Assembly: GCF_009914755.1 (NCBI RefSeq)
Contig: NC_060943.1
DNA from: the human T2T-CHM13v2.0 reference genome, Homo sapiens
DNA length: 64,000 bases
Reading direction: 5' to 3' (one strand)
Shown: positions 1 to 14,832 of the stretch, piece after piece
Position numbering within the stretch: the first letter of the stretch is position 1
How the letters are laid out: every line of letters starts with the position of its first letter
The notes under the pieces: model-generated
What the model was told of the DNA's origin: nothing
Databases searched by the model: none
Seen by the model: the letters and a program-made list of their open reading frames with translations, nothing else
Position numbers and translations under genes: made by a program

Positions 1-231
1 ACACCCCGAAAATGAAAAGCATGAGTATGGAAGAAATGATTAAATTGTGAAGAAAGTGGAACTAAATAGTCCTTATGTTTCTTCTGACTCTTAGAATCTT
101 CTGTTCTTTACCCCCTAGGTTCGAGGGTTTCCACCCCTCTCCCAGGCCCCTTGAGCATTTCACTTCCTAGAGATGAACAAATGCCACCATTGTTGTGTTA
201 TCACACTGATAATACACTGACAATAGATTTC

Positions 232-817
<586 letters not shown>

Positions 818-944
818 ACACTGACAATAGATTTCTTTTCTTCTCTGGGAAAGAACCATAAACAAGATTTCTTCTTTGAAATCCAAGGATAGAGGTACAT
901 GATGGATCCCTGTCTAAAAATGCCAGCCTCGCCCACTCACCTAC

Positions 945-1086
945 CTGGCTTCACCTCAGTATCCCACACCAAAGTCCCATGTCTTTTTTCAGTAATCTCA
1001 AGTTGAATGGGTTCCTTCATCTGCCCAGCATAGAATTTTGAGAAGTGCTGAATTTCTCCAGGGCTCCTGTAGGACAATTTCAACTC
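945..1086 (-). CDS. CARD8: CARD8 exon ELKLSYRSPGE...WDTEVKP (UPA); the gene continues beyond the left edge
   Basis: Manual translation; TAG acceptor 1089-1087; GTAGG donor 944-940. Confidence 0.95.
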
Positions 1087-1834
1087 CTAGAGGAAACACA
1101 TCAGTTGACTTGAAGCAGTGGAGGGTGGAAAGGCCCGGCTCCCTACAGTGAACTGGCCAATGGAACTTAACCCGTTTCCTGTGCAATGTCATGGCTGGTT
1201 GAGTGGGAAACAGAGGGAGAGAGGTAAACAGCTCTTTACATTTACAATGTTAGGAAATGCTTTTATACCAGGAAGGGAAGAATAACCTAGCTGTCAACAC
1301 CACATGAGTCAGAGAAAAACTATCTGAGCTACCAACTGAATACAAACGTCTTAGATTTTGAGGGTTTTGAGGCCCCTCATTAATGATGCGACCAGCTCAG
1401 AATCCGAGATTCTATAGAGAAGCAAGAAAGCTTCCAAAGCAGCCCCATCAGGTCTCTCTGAGCCTCGCTGGGAAGCCGGGGTCAGATAAGCCATTTCAGG
1501 TCCCTCTCTGTTTTGCACCCAGTCTCCCCAGGATTCCTAAAAAAAGCTGCCCTGGGGAGCAAGAAAGCCCCTTATGCAGGACAGAATTAGGAAAAGCTTA
1601 GCTCATGCAAATCTCTAGTTTCTTCAGAAAACAAGCCCCCCCACCCAGCTCTTGGAAAATAGGGATTTAAAAAATTACAAAGGGTGAGATTGTTGGCTGG
1701 AATCTTTTTAAATGGAAGATGACTCTGAGGAGAGTTTACCTCGCTCAAGATCATCACCTCTAGGGCGGGCGCGGTGACTCACACCTGTAGTCCCAGCACT
1801 TTGGGAGACTGAGGTGACCGATTGCTTGAGGTCA

Positions 1835-2053
<219 letters not shown>

Positions 2054-2981
2054 TTATCACCTCAGGTTGCAATTGCCACTTCTTATCTCACATTTACTAT
2101 GTTGTATCATTCTGGATGAAATACCCTGCATTTTATTTATTTATTTCTATATCAGCAATGTTTATGGAAGGTTCTGCAACAGCCAAGAATGTATCTTGCC
2201 TGAAGGACAACCAAACTTCTGGGGAAGGCAGTCCCTGCTTCATATTAATTGCTGTGGAGTTTATCAAGGAAACTGGGAACTAAAATCAGAGCAAGGTTGG
2301 GCACTTTATTAAATTCTTATGCTCTAGTATACTTAGAAAAAGATCACTGAACTGATGTCTGCAATAAGCTTCACATCTTGTTGTCTATATGGCTGGAAAA
2401 ATCATTTTTCCTATTTTAGCCTTAGTGTCCAAAAAGGAGACATGTAAATACTGACACCTAACCCTCTTGTTTCTCACCTCTTCCAAGGTCCGCAAACAGG
2501 AAAAAGCCATCTACGCCAAAACAATAACATTGGTCCGTCCCATTCTGAATTAAAGACCTTGAAATCACTGGGATGTGTTTTCCCATTAAAACTGGAAAAC
2601 AATTAAATCTTGATACTTTGTTCTAGAGATGGTATATTGTGCTGGACAACCTCATCTTTATTTTAGAGAACATATGCTGTGAGACATCTTTGAAAATCTA
2701 TTTGGGGCCAGGTGTGGTGGCTCGAGCCTGTAATCTCAGCACTTTGGGAGGCCAAGGTGGGCAGATCACGAGGTCAGGAGTTCGAGACCAGCCTGGCCAA
2801 CATGGTGAAACCCCGTCTCTACTAAAAATAAAAAATCAGCCGGGAGTGGTGGTGCATGCCTGTAATCCCAGTTACTCAGGAGGCTGAGGCAGGAGAATCA
2901 CTTGAACCTGGGAGGCGGCGGTTGTAGTGGGCCAAGACCACACCACTGCACTCCAGCTTGGGCAACAGAGCGAGACTCCAT

Positions 2982-3161
2982 CAAAAAAGAAGGAAAGAAA
3001 GAGAGAAAGAGGGAAAGAAAGGAAAGAAAGGAAGGAAGGAAGGAAGGAAGGAAGGAAGGAAGGAAGGAAGGAAGGAAGGAAGGAAAGAAAGAAAGAAAAA
3101 GAAAGAAAGAAAGAAAGAGAGAAAGAGGGAAAAAAGAAAGAGGAAGGAAGGAAGGAAGGAA
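2982..3161 (+). repeat. (GAAG)n/(GAAA)n purine tract expanded from an Alu tail
   Basis: Read directly. Confidence 0.95.
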
Positions 3162-3822
3162 ATCTATTTGGAAATATACTAGCTTTAAGTTGGTTAATAC
3201 TCTTTGAATCAGTAATTTCATTTAGGACACTCTAGCCCTGCAGGAAAAATGTAAAACCATATGAATGGAAAGACTTCTTGCCAGGGCACTTCTTGGGAGA
3301 AATTACATGCGACTAAATGTTGAATAATCATGAAATAATGAAAAAAGCTCTAGGGATTTCGCTACATGGCATATCATGTCCCAGTAAATCTGTATGTAGG
3401 AATAATTTAAATTGCACAGAATTATATAGTAATCTCCATTTAAAAATATATAAAATGAAATATATAACATAAAATCAGCTCTTCCTTCAACTACCTTAAC
3501 AAATACATATTAAGTGCGTTAGTTAGGCAAGACATCAGGACTGAAGATAATTATAACAGGGAAATGGAAATTTCAGTTTGGGAAACTCAATGTGTAGTTT
3601 TAACCTAACATAAGTATGTCAAATACTAAAATGTTACCTCTGCCTTAGGGTCTTGGAAATATGCAATATGATTAATACTATTTTTCTATAATTTCAATTT
3701 TTTTAAAGGGCATATTTGTGATTAATAAAAGAAAAATGTTGCATTTTGCTAAGATTCTTCCATTTGTTTCAGAAATATAAAACACTCTGAAACCTGCTGA
3801 GTTGGGTTTGAATTCTACTAAC

Positions 3823-3948
3823 CTTGGGCATTACTTTCAGGTTAGCAGAATTAGACACAATATAACTGGAACCAAAGTTCAGGGGTTCCATTGGGGGCGA
3901 AGTCTGCAGGCGCACACCATGGAAGCGATCTTCCTCATCATCTATCGC
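3823..3948 (-). CDS. CARD8: CARD8 exon AIDDEEDRFHG...NLKVMPK (UPA)
   Basis: Manual translation, 126 nt, phase 0/0; TAG acceptor 3951-3949; GTTAG donor 3822-3818. Confidence 0.95.
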
Positions 3949-4564
3949 CTAAGGAAGAAGGGGCAGAAACATTAGAGAGCACAAAAAATAGTAAAGCAAG
4001 TAGTGGCATAAAAAGTTATTTATATGGTATATTAAGTAGCACGTAGGCTATGATTCAATTGATATAAAGATTAAGGTATTCAACTGATATAAAGATTGTG
4101 ATAGGTAGATACACAGATATGAATGAATATGTCTCTATGCACAAAGAGACATATTGATGAAATTTTACTGAAAGATATCTCAGGGCCAAAGGATTTCTTG
4201 TGAATGTGAACTTATAAATTCTTGTATAGTTTGCTTTTATTTTTACACTGTGGAAAGACTGGCTGCGTACTTATGAAAGCACAGGACAGAAGGACTTCTT
4301 TTTGGTGCCTCAGCAGAGAACTGGTAGCTCAGCTGTGTCTGTGAACACGTCTATGATGGACAAGGGTAGAGATGTTACTTCTCTCCGTCACAGGGCTGCT
4401 GTGAGATGCTCAATCACCTGACCACCAGCGAGCAGAAACAGTCACCTCTGCGAGGCCCAGCAGCCACAGCAGAAAGCGAGACCTCAAAACTATCTCTAAG
4501 CAGCCAGGCACGGTGGTTCACACCTGTAATCCTAGCGCTTTGGGAGGCCGAGGTGGGCAGATCA

Positions 4565-4834
<270 letters not shown>

Positions 4835-5062
4835 TCAAACAAAACCTTTCTACCTTTGGGAAGTCTCAGGTACAACTCAATAGAGACTTTGTAGAATTAA
4901 TGAGCAAGGAATTTATGCTAAAAACAATGACTGTCAGTGATATTATTGGTCCAGCTGATCGACTCCCTTGCAGGATAATGACCAAGAGGGACACAAGGGG
5001 ACTTTGGGGAAGCTGGTGATGTCTTGTTGCCTGTTCTAGGTGCTGCATATGTGAGTGTGTCA

Positions 5063-5434
<372 letters not shown>

Positions 5435-6037
5435 CTATGAAGAAAAGGATGGCCCATGGAGAAAACCTGAATTGGGCCTGGGAAATCAAATAAAAGAAAA
5501 ATTTCATATTGTATTGAGCAAAGAGATGAAACTATGATGGGGGTAAGGCAGAGAAGGGATGTGGAGAACTATCCAGGAGGCATCACATATATGTTTAGAA
5601 AAAGAACCAGTTTCCGAAGGGTCAAAAGAAACTGATGGGGGAAAGAAATAACATATCATACCATCTCTGATGAACAATTCTTTTACATGAACAGATATGT
5701 TTAAATTAAATTATAGTAATAACAGATTAGAACTAAATCACCAAATAAATCCATATCACATTGCTAGGGTTATGATTACGGACAGATTTCTGTAGGTGTT
5801 GAGAGACATACCACTGGATTAATTTTCTTAACCTTCTTTATTTGTTATAGTTCTTATCATATGCACATATATTTTTCCTATAGCATTCCATGTAATATCT
5901 TTGGTTGTCATGTTTTTGCCTCTTTTGTTCACTGATGTATCCTCAGCCTCTAAAATAGTGTCTGGAATATATAAGGCACACAACAAATATTTATTGGATG
6001 AATAAATGGGTTTCCCTGGAACAGTACTGTTGAATAG

Positions 6038-6178
<141 letters not shown>

Positions 6179-7287
6179 TGAGTAGCTGGGATTACAGGCG
6201 CATGCCAGCACGCCCGGCTAATTTTTGTATTTTTAGTAGAGACGGAGTTTCACCATGTTGGTCAGGCTGGTCTCGAACTCCTGACCTCAAGATCCGCCCA
6301 CCTCGGCCTCCCAAAGTGCTGGGATTACAGGCGTGACCAAATGCAATTTTTAATTTCATAGCAGCCACATTTTTTAAAAACAGCAAAGAGAGGCAGATGA
6401 AATGGCTTTTAGTAATGTATTTCATTTAACTCACAATATCATTTAGGCATGTAACCAACACAAAAAATAATTGCTATTTATGTGCTTCCCTTCATATTGT
6501 CTTCCAAATCTGTGTATGTGTATTAATATGTGTATTAAAACTTAAATACTTAAGTTTTAGAGTACATCTCAACTCACATACTCAATAGCCACATGCTATT
6601 GCCGGCCATTCAAGCCTATAGCTGGCCAGTGGTTATAGAGTTGAACTGTGCTGCTCTTGAAATAGGGCAGGGAAGTTCTCAGTGCAACAATAGATATTTA
6701 GAGTTTGATTATGGTTTGAAGTGAAGAAGAGGTTTCTCCTCTCTTCTTCCCTTATCCTACCCTGAATAGGGAAGAAGCAGACAGACCACTTTTCATTCAA
6801 TGGGTCAACAAAATTTCAAGAGGTACCTACAACAGGCCTCACCTTGTGCTTTTTTTTTTTTTTTGAGATGGAGTCTCGCTCTGTCGCCCAGGCTGGAGTG
6901 CAGTGGTGCGATCTCGGCTCACTGAAGCTCCACCTCCCAGGTTCAGCCATTCTCCCACCTCAGCCTCCCGAGTAGCTGGGACTACAGGCACCTGCCACCG
7001 TGCCCGGCTAATTGTTTGTATTGTTAGTAGAGACGGGGTTTCACCGTGTTAGCCAGGATGGTCTCGATCTCCTGCCCTCGTGATCCGCCCACCTCGGCCT
7101 CCCAAAGTCCTGGGATTACAGGTGTGAGCCACCGCACCCGGCCCTCCTTGTGCTTTTAACTAATTTATGATTAAACAGAAATGGTCCTGCCCATGATATA
7201 GAGTACACAATTTACAGAGAAGCAGATCATAAATAAATAAATAGACATGTGACCACAACAGAGGGAAAGAAGAGGGTACAGTGATCA

Positions 7288-7668
<381 letters not shown>

Positions 7669-7858
7669 CTAGAAAGAGACTAGAAAGATGAGCAGGAGCC
7701 AGTCTTGCAAGGGAAACACAAAGGGTAAGAGCCCAGAAGCAGGAATTCTTGGAGTATTTGAGGGATGAAAATTCAGGACAGAAGTGCTGGAACATAATGA
7801 GTGAGAAGAGAGTGATAGGAGATGGATAACTGAGATGTTCTAGGGTCACAAGAAGTCA

Positions 7859-8038
<180 letters not shown>

Positions 8039-8486
8039 TCAGGAGGCTGAGACAGGAGAATTGTTTGAACCTGGGAGACGGAGGTTGCAGTGAGCTGAGA
8101 TCACGCCCACTGCACTCCAGCCTGGGGGACACAGCAAGACTCCGTCTCAAAAAAAAAAAAAAAAAAAAGCCATGGCCTCTAGGCCATAGTAAATTATTTG
8201 ATTCATGTTCTAAGTGTAACGTGAATCCATTAAAGAATCTTTGGCCAAAGTGTGATGTAGTAATGTATTTTTTAAGTGTATTAGAATTAAAAAATTTTAA
8301 TTTTTTTTCTTTCCAACATTTATTTTATTTATTGATTTATTTAAGACAGAGTTTCGTTCTGTTGCCTGGAGTGCAGTGGCAAAATCTTGGCTCACTGCAA
8401 CCTCTGCCTCCTGGGTTCAAGCAATTCTCATGCCTCCACCTCCCAAGTAGCTGGGATTACAGGCATGTGCCATCACATCCAGCTAA

Positions 8487-8633
<147 letters not shown>

Positions 8634-9009
8634 TAGGTTCAAGAAGTACATGTGCAGATTTGTTGTATGGGCCAATTGCATGTAATGGGGGTATTACTTA
8701 TTTTGCAAAAAATCTCCCTGTTCCTAGATTTTAAAAATAGGTGGTAAATGAAAAACAATGGAACCAGTGAGATAAGCTTGAAGACTTTATCCATATTTCT
8801 AGCAAAAATGGCAGTGGATGGCACTAAAGCTGGCAGTGAAGCTGAACGGAGTAAAACTGGTTCAAGTTATGCTATGAAAATGAAAAGAATCAAAATTGAT
8901 GAGATGCTGGATGTGGGAAAGAAAAGAAATCGAGGCCGAGGGGGGCAGATCACTTGAGGTCAAGAGTTCAAGACCAGCCTGGCAAACACGGTGAACCCTG
9001 TCTCTACTA

Positions 9010-9237
<228 letters not shown>

Positions 9238-9792
9238 CTAGAGTATGGCTTGAATGACTCAATGAAATTTAGTCTCTACCCTGAATGGGGAAGAGAGTTG
9301 AATAAATCGCTTAAAGGGAGAAAGTTGAGTCAATATATACAATTAGATATGCCAAATAAACACTCATATGGAGAGGGGAGGTTGGCGGTTCCAAGTTGGA
9401 GCTCTGGAGAATGTTCAGGACTGGAGATATAGACTGAGAAATCCTCTGCTTGTGGGGAATTCAGTTACGAGACGAAGAATTCATCAAGTCCGTCAGTGAA
9501 GACAGAAAAGAGAAAGGAGAGTCCAAGATTCAGCCCTGGAAACTCAATATTCAGAGAAGGTTTCAGAGCAAGAACCTGCAGAGGCGATTTGAGGAGAGAC
9601 TCAGAAAAGTCACGGAGATGCCAGGAGCAGTGGTCCATGCTTGTAATCCCAACACTTTGGGAGGCCAAGGCGGGCAGATCACAAGGTCAGGAGTTCAAGA
9701 CCAGCCTGTCCAACACTGTGAAACCCCATCTCTATTAAAAATACAAGAATTAGCCAGGTGTGGTGGTGTGTGCCTGTAATCCCAACTACTCA

Positions 9793-9894
<102 letters not shown>

Positions 9895-9972
9895 TCACAA
9901 AAAAAAAAAAAGGAAAGAAAAGAAAAGTCACAGGGAAATTGGGATAATATGGTGTCGCAGGATCATATAGAG

Positions 9973-10491
9973 CAGAGATCCCCAACACCCGGGCCGCAGA
10001 CCAGTACCAGTGTGTGAGCTGTTAGGAATCGGGCTGCACAGCAGGAGAGGAGCAGTGAGGGAGCAAACCTTCATCTGTATTTACAGCCACTCCCCATCAC
10101 TCACATTACCGCCTGAGCTCCTCCTGTCAGATCAGCAGTGGCATCAGATTCTCATACGAGCGTGAACCCTGCTGTGAACTGCCCATGCAAGGGATCTAGG
10201 TTGCACGCCCTTTATGAGAATCTAATGCCTGATGATCTGTAAGTGTCTCCCATTACCCCCAGATGGAACCATCTAGCTGCAGAAAAAGAAGCTCAGGGCT
10301 CCCACTGATTTTACATTATGGTGAGTTGTGTAATTATTTCATCATATATTACAATGTAATAATAATCGAAATAAAGTGCACAATAACTTTAATGTGCTTG
10401 AATCATCCCAAAACCATTCACCACCCTGGTCTGTGGAAAAATGGTCTTCTGCAAAACTACTTCCTGGTGCCTAAAAGGTTGGGAACTGCTG
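9973..10491 (+). mobile_element. MER1A-like hAT-Charlie DNA transposon
   Basis: ~520 bp; degenerate CAGxGxTCCC...GGGAxxxCTG terminal inverted repeats; 8-bp TSD-like atatagag/ttatagaa; internal MER1 motifs. Confidence 0.8.
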
Positions 10492-11912
10492 TTATAGAAG
10501 AGTGTTTCCAAGGAAGAGCGTGGTCAGTGGAATAGCATTCCACTGAGACCCCAGGTAAGAATGAGTTGACACAAAGTCACTGACTGGGTGACGCTAAACA
10601 GAGCCATTCTAAGGAAGGGTGGCAAGGTCATCCACACAGAGAGATCTGGGAACAGAGTGAGAACTGAGGAATATGGAGACTTCGGGTACATGGAGCTGTT
10701 GATCCATTCATTGAGAAGCATAAGGGAAAAATTGGAAGTATGACTGCAGGAGGGAGAGCAGTCAAGGACAGCATTTCCAATGTGGGGGCCATTCTAGATT
10801 TTGGCGGGTGGAAGGGAGTGATGCCCTAGGGTAGGAGAGATTGACGGTGGAGGGGAAAGAGGATGCCTCGGGTGTGGCTCCCACATAAGGGAAGAGGGAA
10901 AGGGACCCAAGACTCATGTTAAGTAGTGTCCTTGTGTACGAAGAGGGAGGCGGCCGGGCGCGGTGGCTCATGCCTGTAATCCCAGAACTTCGGGAGGCTG
11001 AGGTGGGTGCATCACTTTAGGTCAGGAGTTCAAGGCTAGCCTGGCCAACATGGTGAAACCTCACCTCTACTGAAAATACAAAAATTACCAGGACGTGGTG
11101 GCACACATCCGTAATCCCAGCTACTCGGGAGGCTGAGGCAGGAGAATCGCTTGAACCCGGGAGGCGGAGGTTTCAGTGAGCTGCAATTGCCACTGCATTC
11201 TAGCCCGGGCAACAGAACAAGACTCTGTCTCAAAAAAGAAAAAAAGAAAAGAAAAGAAAAAGAACAAGGAGGCTTCTTGGGTTTCAGAGGAAAGAAATAG
11301 GTGAAGACGGGCCAGAAACAGGCTCACAGAGCTGACAGTGAAACAATGAGGTTTTTCCATCCCATTTTGTTTCTAGTATATCAATAAGGTATGAAGCAAG
11401 TAAGCATATGAGATTTGGGAATGATGAAAGAAGAGGCACTAAGTGAAGGATAGGAAAAGGGTGGGCTCAGAATGAAAACAGAAGTTATGCAAGAATTCAC
11501 TGGAATGTATGTATTTCTGGCCCACTCTAGGAATAGTCATCTTTATCATTCAGATTAAAATGTTTTCTCCTGTATTTAAGTACCCACAGTTACTCACCAC
11601 CCTAAGTCCTGACAGGCAGGCACCTGCCTCTCATTCTTGGGATGTTGGAGCATTCGACGGGGGGACGATACAATTTAATGTAATCTTTCTGGCATAATCG
11701 CCCCACCTAGGCTGGAAGGACAGAAGTGGGACTTTATCCAGGTGCACAGCAGCTACAGCAACCAGCACGTCTGCTTCATCACTAACTCAGAAGAGAGTGT
11801 GGGAATATGAGCCTTTAATAAGTGCATTAGAGGGAGATGCTACTGAACAGGAGGAGGGTTACTCCAGAGATGTGAGTGTGCCTGTCAGTGTAATTCACAT
11901 ATTATCCATTTA

Positions 11913-12098
<186 letters not shown>

Positions 12099-12532
12099 TC
12101 AAGAGGCTGAGGCAGGAGAATCGCTTGAACCCGAGAAGTGGATGTTGCAGTGAGCCAAGATTGCGCCAGTTCACTCCAGCCTGGGTGACAGAGTAAGACT
12201 CTGTCTCTAAAAAAAGAAAAAAACAACCTGGTGAAAAAATCTCTGCATCTTCTCTGTCAGCTGGTCCCCCAAAATCACTAACTTTCTCCTTCTTGAGAGC
12301 CAGAAAAGGGAATTTCCTTTTTCAGTAGCACTGAATCACTACTGAAGATGGTTAGGGAAGCACATAGCTCCAGAGTCAGCACCTTGGATGAACCTCAGGA
12401 AGGGTGACTCCTGCTTCTGTCCATGAAAACCATGCCTTGCCCTTTCTGTTCCACGAGGAACTGGAGGGGCCAAGGGGATAACCTGGAAATATAATCGTCA
12501 TCTTCTCTGGTCTCCTAAATCACTCAGCTTAC

Positions 12533-12795
12533 CTTTGTTAGCAAGGCGTCGCTGGGGACAAGGTACAAGTGGAACTTAATATCTTCGGGGTGGGGGTGAT
12601 AATAGATCAATGTGTTGGAAGTGATGGGGATGGAGAGGCGAGTCCCACTGGCGATCCGCAGCAGGATGCCCATCAGAGAGAAGCTGGGGCTTTCCAGGAC
12701 AGCATAGAAAGGCTCCACCCGGGCTGGATGCTCCAGGACCATCCCTTCATTCTTAAAATGGGCAACGAGAAACCAGGAGACGTCCACCTCACCTG
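12533..12795 (-). CDS. CARD8: CARD8 exon (A)GEVDVSWF...ESPSF|SLMG...DALLTK with the FIIND autoproteolysis site F296/S297 (SFS at 12685-12677)
   Basis: 3' part of ORF 12524..13018; tandem CAGCAG acceptor 12798-12793; GTAAG donor 12532-12528. Confidence 0.96.
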
Positions 12796-12871
12796 CTGCA
12801 GGAGAACCACAACAGCAGTGAGACGGCACGCACCCCAGCGGCCCCCACAGCCTCCACTCACCCCACATTAC

Positions 12872-13101
12872 CTTGGAGGGAGATGAAGTGGGGGAGGTGG
12901 ATTTCGGCGACAGCCTCCTCTGGCTCTGCAGTGACATCAAACAAGGGGCCGCCCACCAGCCACTGTTCATGGTGCTGCAGGTCCAGGGCCAGGTGCTGAC
13001 TCCAGGAACCAAACGCAATCGTCACTGTGACCTCATCCCTTACCAGGAAGCCGAGGCCTGTGGCTGACCACAGATACCAGCCAGCAGTGGGGAACCAAAC
13101 G
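12872..13101 (-). CDS. CARD8: CARD8 exon VWFPTAGWYLWSATG...HLPHFISLQ (FIIND ZU5)
   Basis: Manual translation; CAG acceptor 13104-13102; GTAAT donor 12871-12867. Confidence 0.95.
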
Positions 13102-13754
13102 CTGAAAGGAGCCAGAGTGATGTCATGACGGGAGAACCCCAGGACTTGGATTTAAGCAGCGATGTGCAGAGGGAGGTGGGATTTGAAGTGAGGCAAGGTT
13201 CAGGACCCATCTGCGACTTTCACTACATTAGAAAACGCTGGGGAGTTCATTAACCTCTCTGGGCCCCAATTTCTCTGCATTCTATATATGTTGAAATTAA
13301 AATACCAACTTCACAGTGCATGAAATAAACATATTATTGATGAAATTTTAGCTATCATAAGGGATGGAACCGATACGCTTCCTTTTGTATTTATATTTTT
13401 ATTTATTTATTTATTTTGAGACAAAGTCTCGCTCTGTCTCCTAGGCTGCAGTGCAGTGGCGAGATCTCATCTCACTGCAACCTCTGCCCCCTGGGTTCAA
13501 GAGATTCTCCTTTCTCAGCCTCCTGATTAGCTGGGACTACACGCGGGTGCCACCACGCCTGACTAATTTTTGTATTTTTAGTAGAGACAGGGTTTCGTCA
13601 TGTTGGCCAGGCTGGTCTCGAACTCCTGACCTTGTGATCCGCCCTCCTCCACCTCCCAAAGTGCCGAGATTACAGGCCTGAGCCACCACGCCTGGCCTAC
13701 ACACTTCCTTTATATCAGAGTGGTTTTCAAATCATCAGCATCTTCCATTCTTAC

Positions 13755-13905
13755 CTGTATCTGTTTGTGCTCTTATCAATCAACTCAACATCCACATTTC
13801 CTTCAGGCCCCAGAAACTGACGATTTTTATAATCTTCTTCGATCTCAAAACAGACTTTAGAAGCATAAGAGGAAACTATTTGATTCTCTTCTGAGCAAAT
13901 GTCTC
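13755..13905 (-). CDS. CARD8: CARD8 exon GDICSEENQ...DKSTNRYS (start of ZU5)
   Basis: 3' part of ORF 13751..14194; CAG acceptor 13908-13906; GTAAG donor 13754-13750. Confidence 0.95.
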
Positions 13906-14547
13906 CTGAAAAGAAAATACTAGACATGTAAGAGGTAAAGGGTTGGAAGAGGCATGGCCTGAAGGACTCCTGGAGGCTGAATTGCACAGGTGCTGTTGGG
14001 ATACAGATATCGAATGAGAGCTGAGAGTGACCAGAATATGCAGTTTCGCTTCTTTGAATCCAGACAAAGAAAGGCACAAGAATGTTCCTTGTCATGACTA
14101 AACGTATACACCAAATTCCATAAGGCTTTCTGGGAAGCCAGGCTGGACAGCTTTGGTGGGAGGCACCATTTGCTGAGGACTGGAACCAATGCACCTACAT
14201 TTCTACTGGTCCGAAATAGCAGAAGACACTTTCTGCTGGTGAGGAAAGTCCAGGTCAGAAAAGTATCGAACTCCAAAGATGCAGAGGCGAAAGAGCGTGC
14301 ATCCTTCCTAGGCCCTGCTGCTGTCCCCAGCCACCAGGACCACCCACTGACTCCCCTGAGCATTTCCATGCCCCAGCAGTGACAGGCTTACATGTCCCCA
14401 TTTAAACTGCACAGTGCACTGTGGCAAAGGTAAGGGAAAGCACTCCTGATCTGCACAAAAGACTCTAAATTGTCTTCTTCACATAAAATCACAGAACATT
14501 TCCATCAATCCACACGCCCTTCACTCCTCTCCCTATTAGCCCATTAC

Positions 14548-14588
14548 CTGAATCTTGTCCCTCTGAAGATTCCTGCTCTTCTGATACA
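14548..14588 (-). CDS. CARD8: CARD8 41-nt frame-switching exon (SVSEEQESSEGQDSG); upstream in-frame ATG at 14608 gives MGIPTSSVSEE
   Basis: CAG acceptor 14591-14589; GTAAT donor 14547-14543; restores the frame between flanking exons for the long isoforms. Confidence 0.9.
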
Positions 14589-14674
14589 CTGGAGGTTGGG
14601 ATCCCCATGTTACAAAAAGATGAAAAACATCAAGAATCAGTTGATGAAGATGAAGACGATGTTATTGAAAACTA

Positions 14675-14832
14675 GAGCTGCACTGTCCCGTAGAGTAGCC
14701 GCTACCCGGATATGCTATTTAAATTTGTATGAATTAAACTTAGGTAAACTTTAGTTTCTCAGTTGCACTATCCATATTTCAAGTGCTCAACAGCTACATA
14801 TCACTCACGGCTATAACACTGTGTAGCAGAGA
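14675..14832 (+). mobile_element. MER3-like DNA transposon remnant (another at ~17385-17510)
   Basis: catatttcaagtgctcaa and gtagcc motifs. Confidence 0.6.

Noticed and set aside
12524-13018. 164-aa ORF as a single coding exon
   Set aside because: Only 12533-12795 is in the CARD8 frame; the rest reads a different frame of the upstream exon and the 76-nt intron
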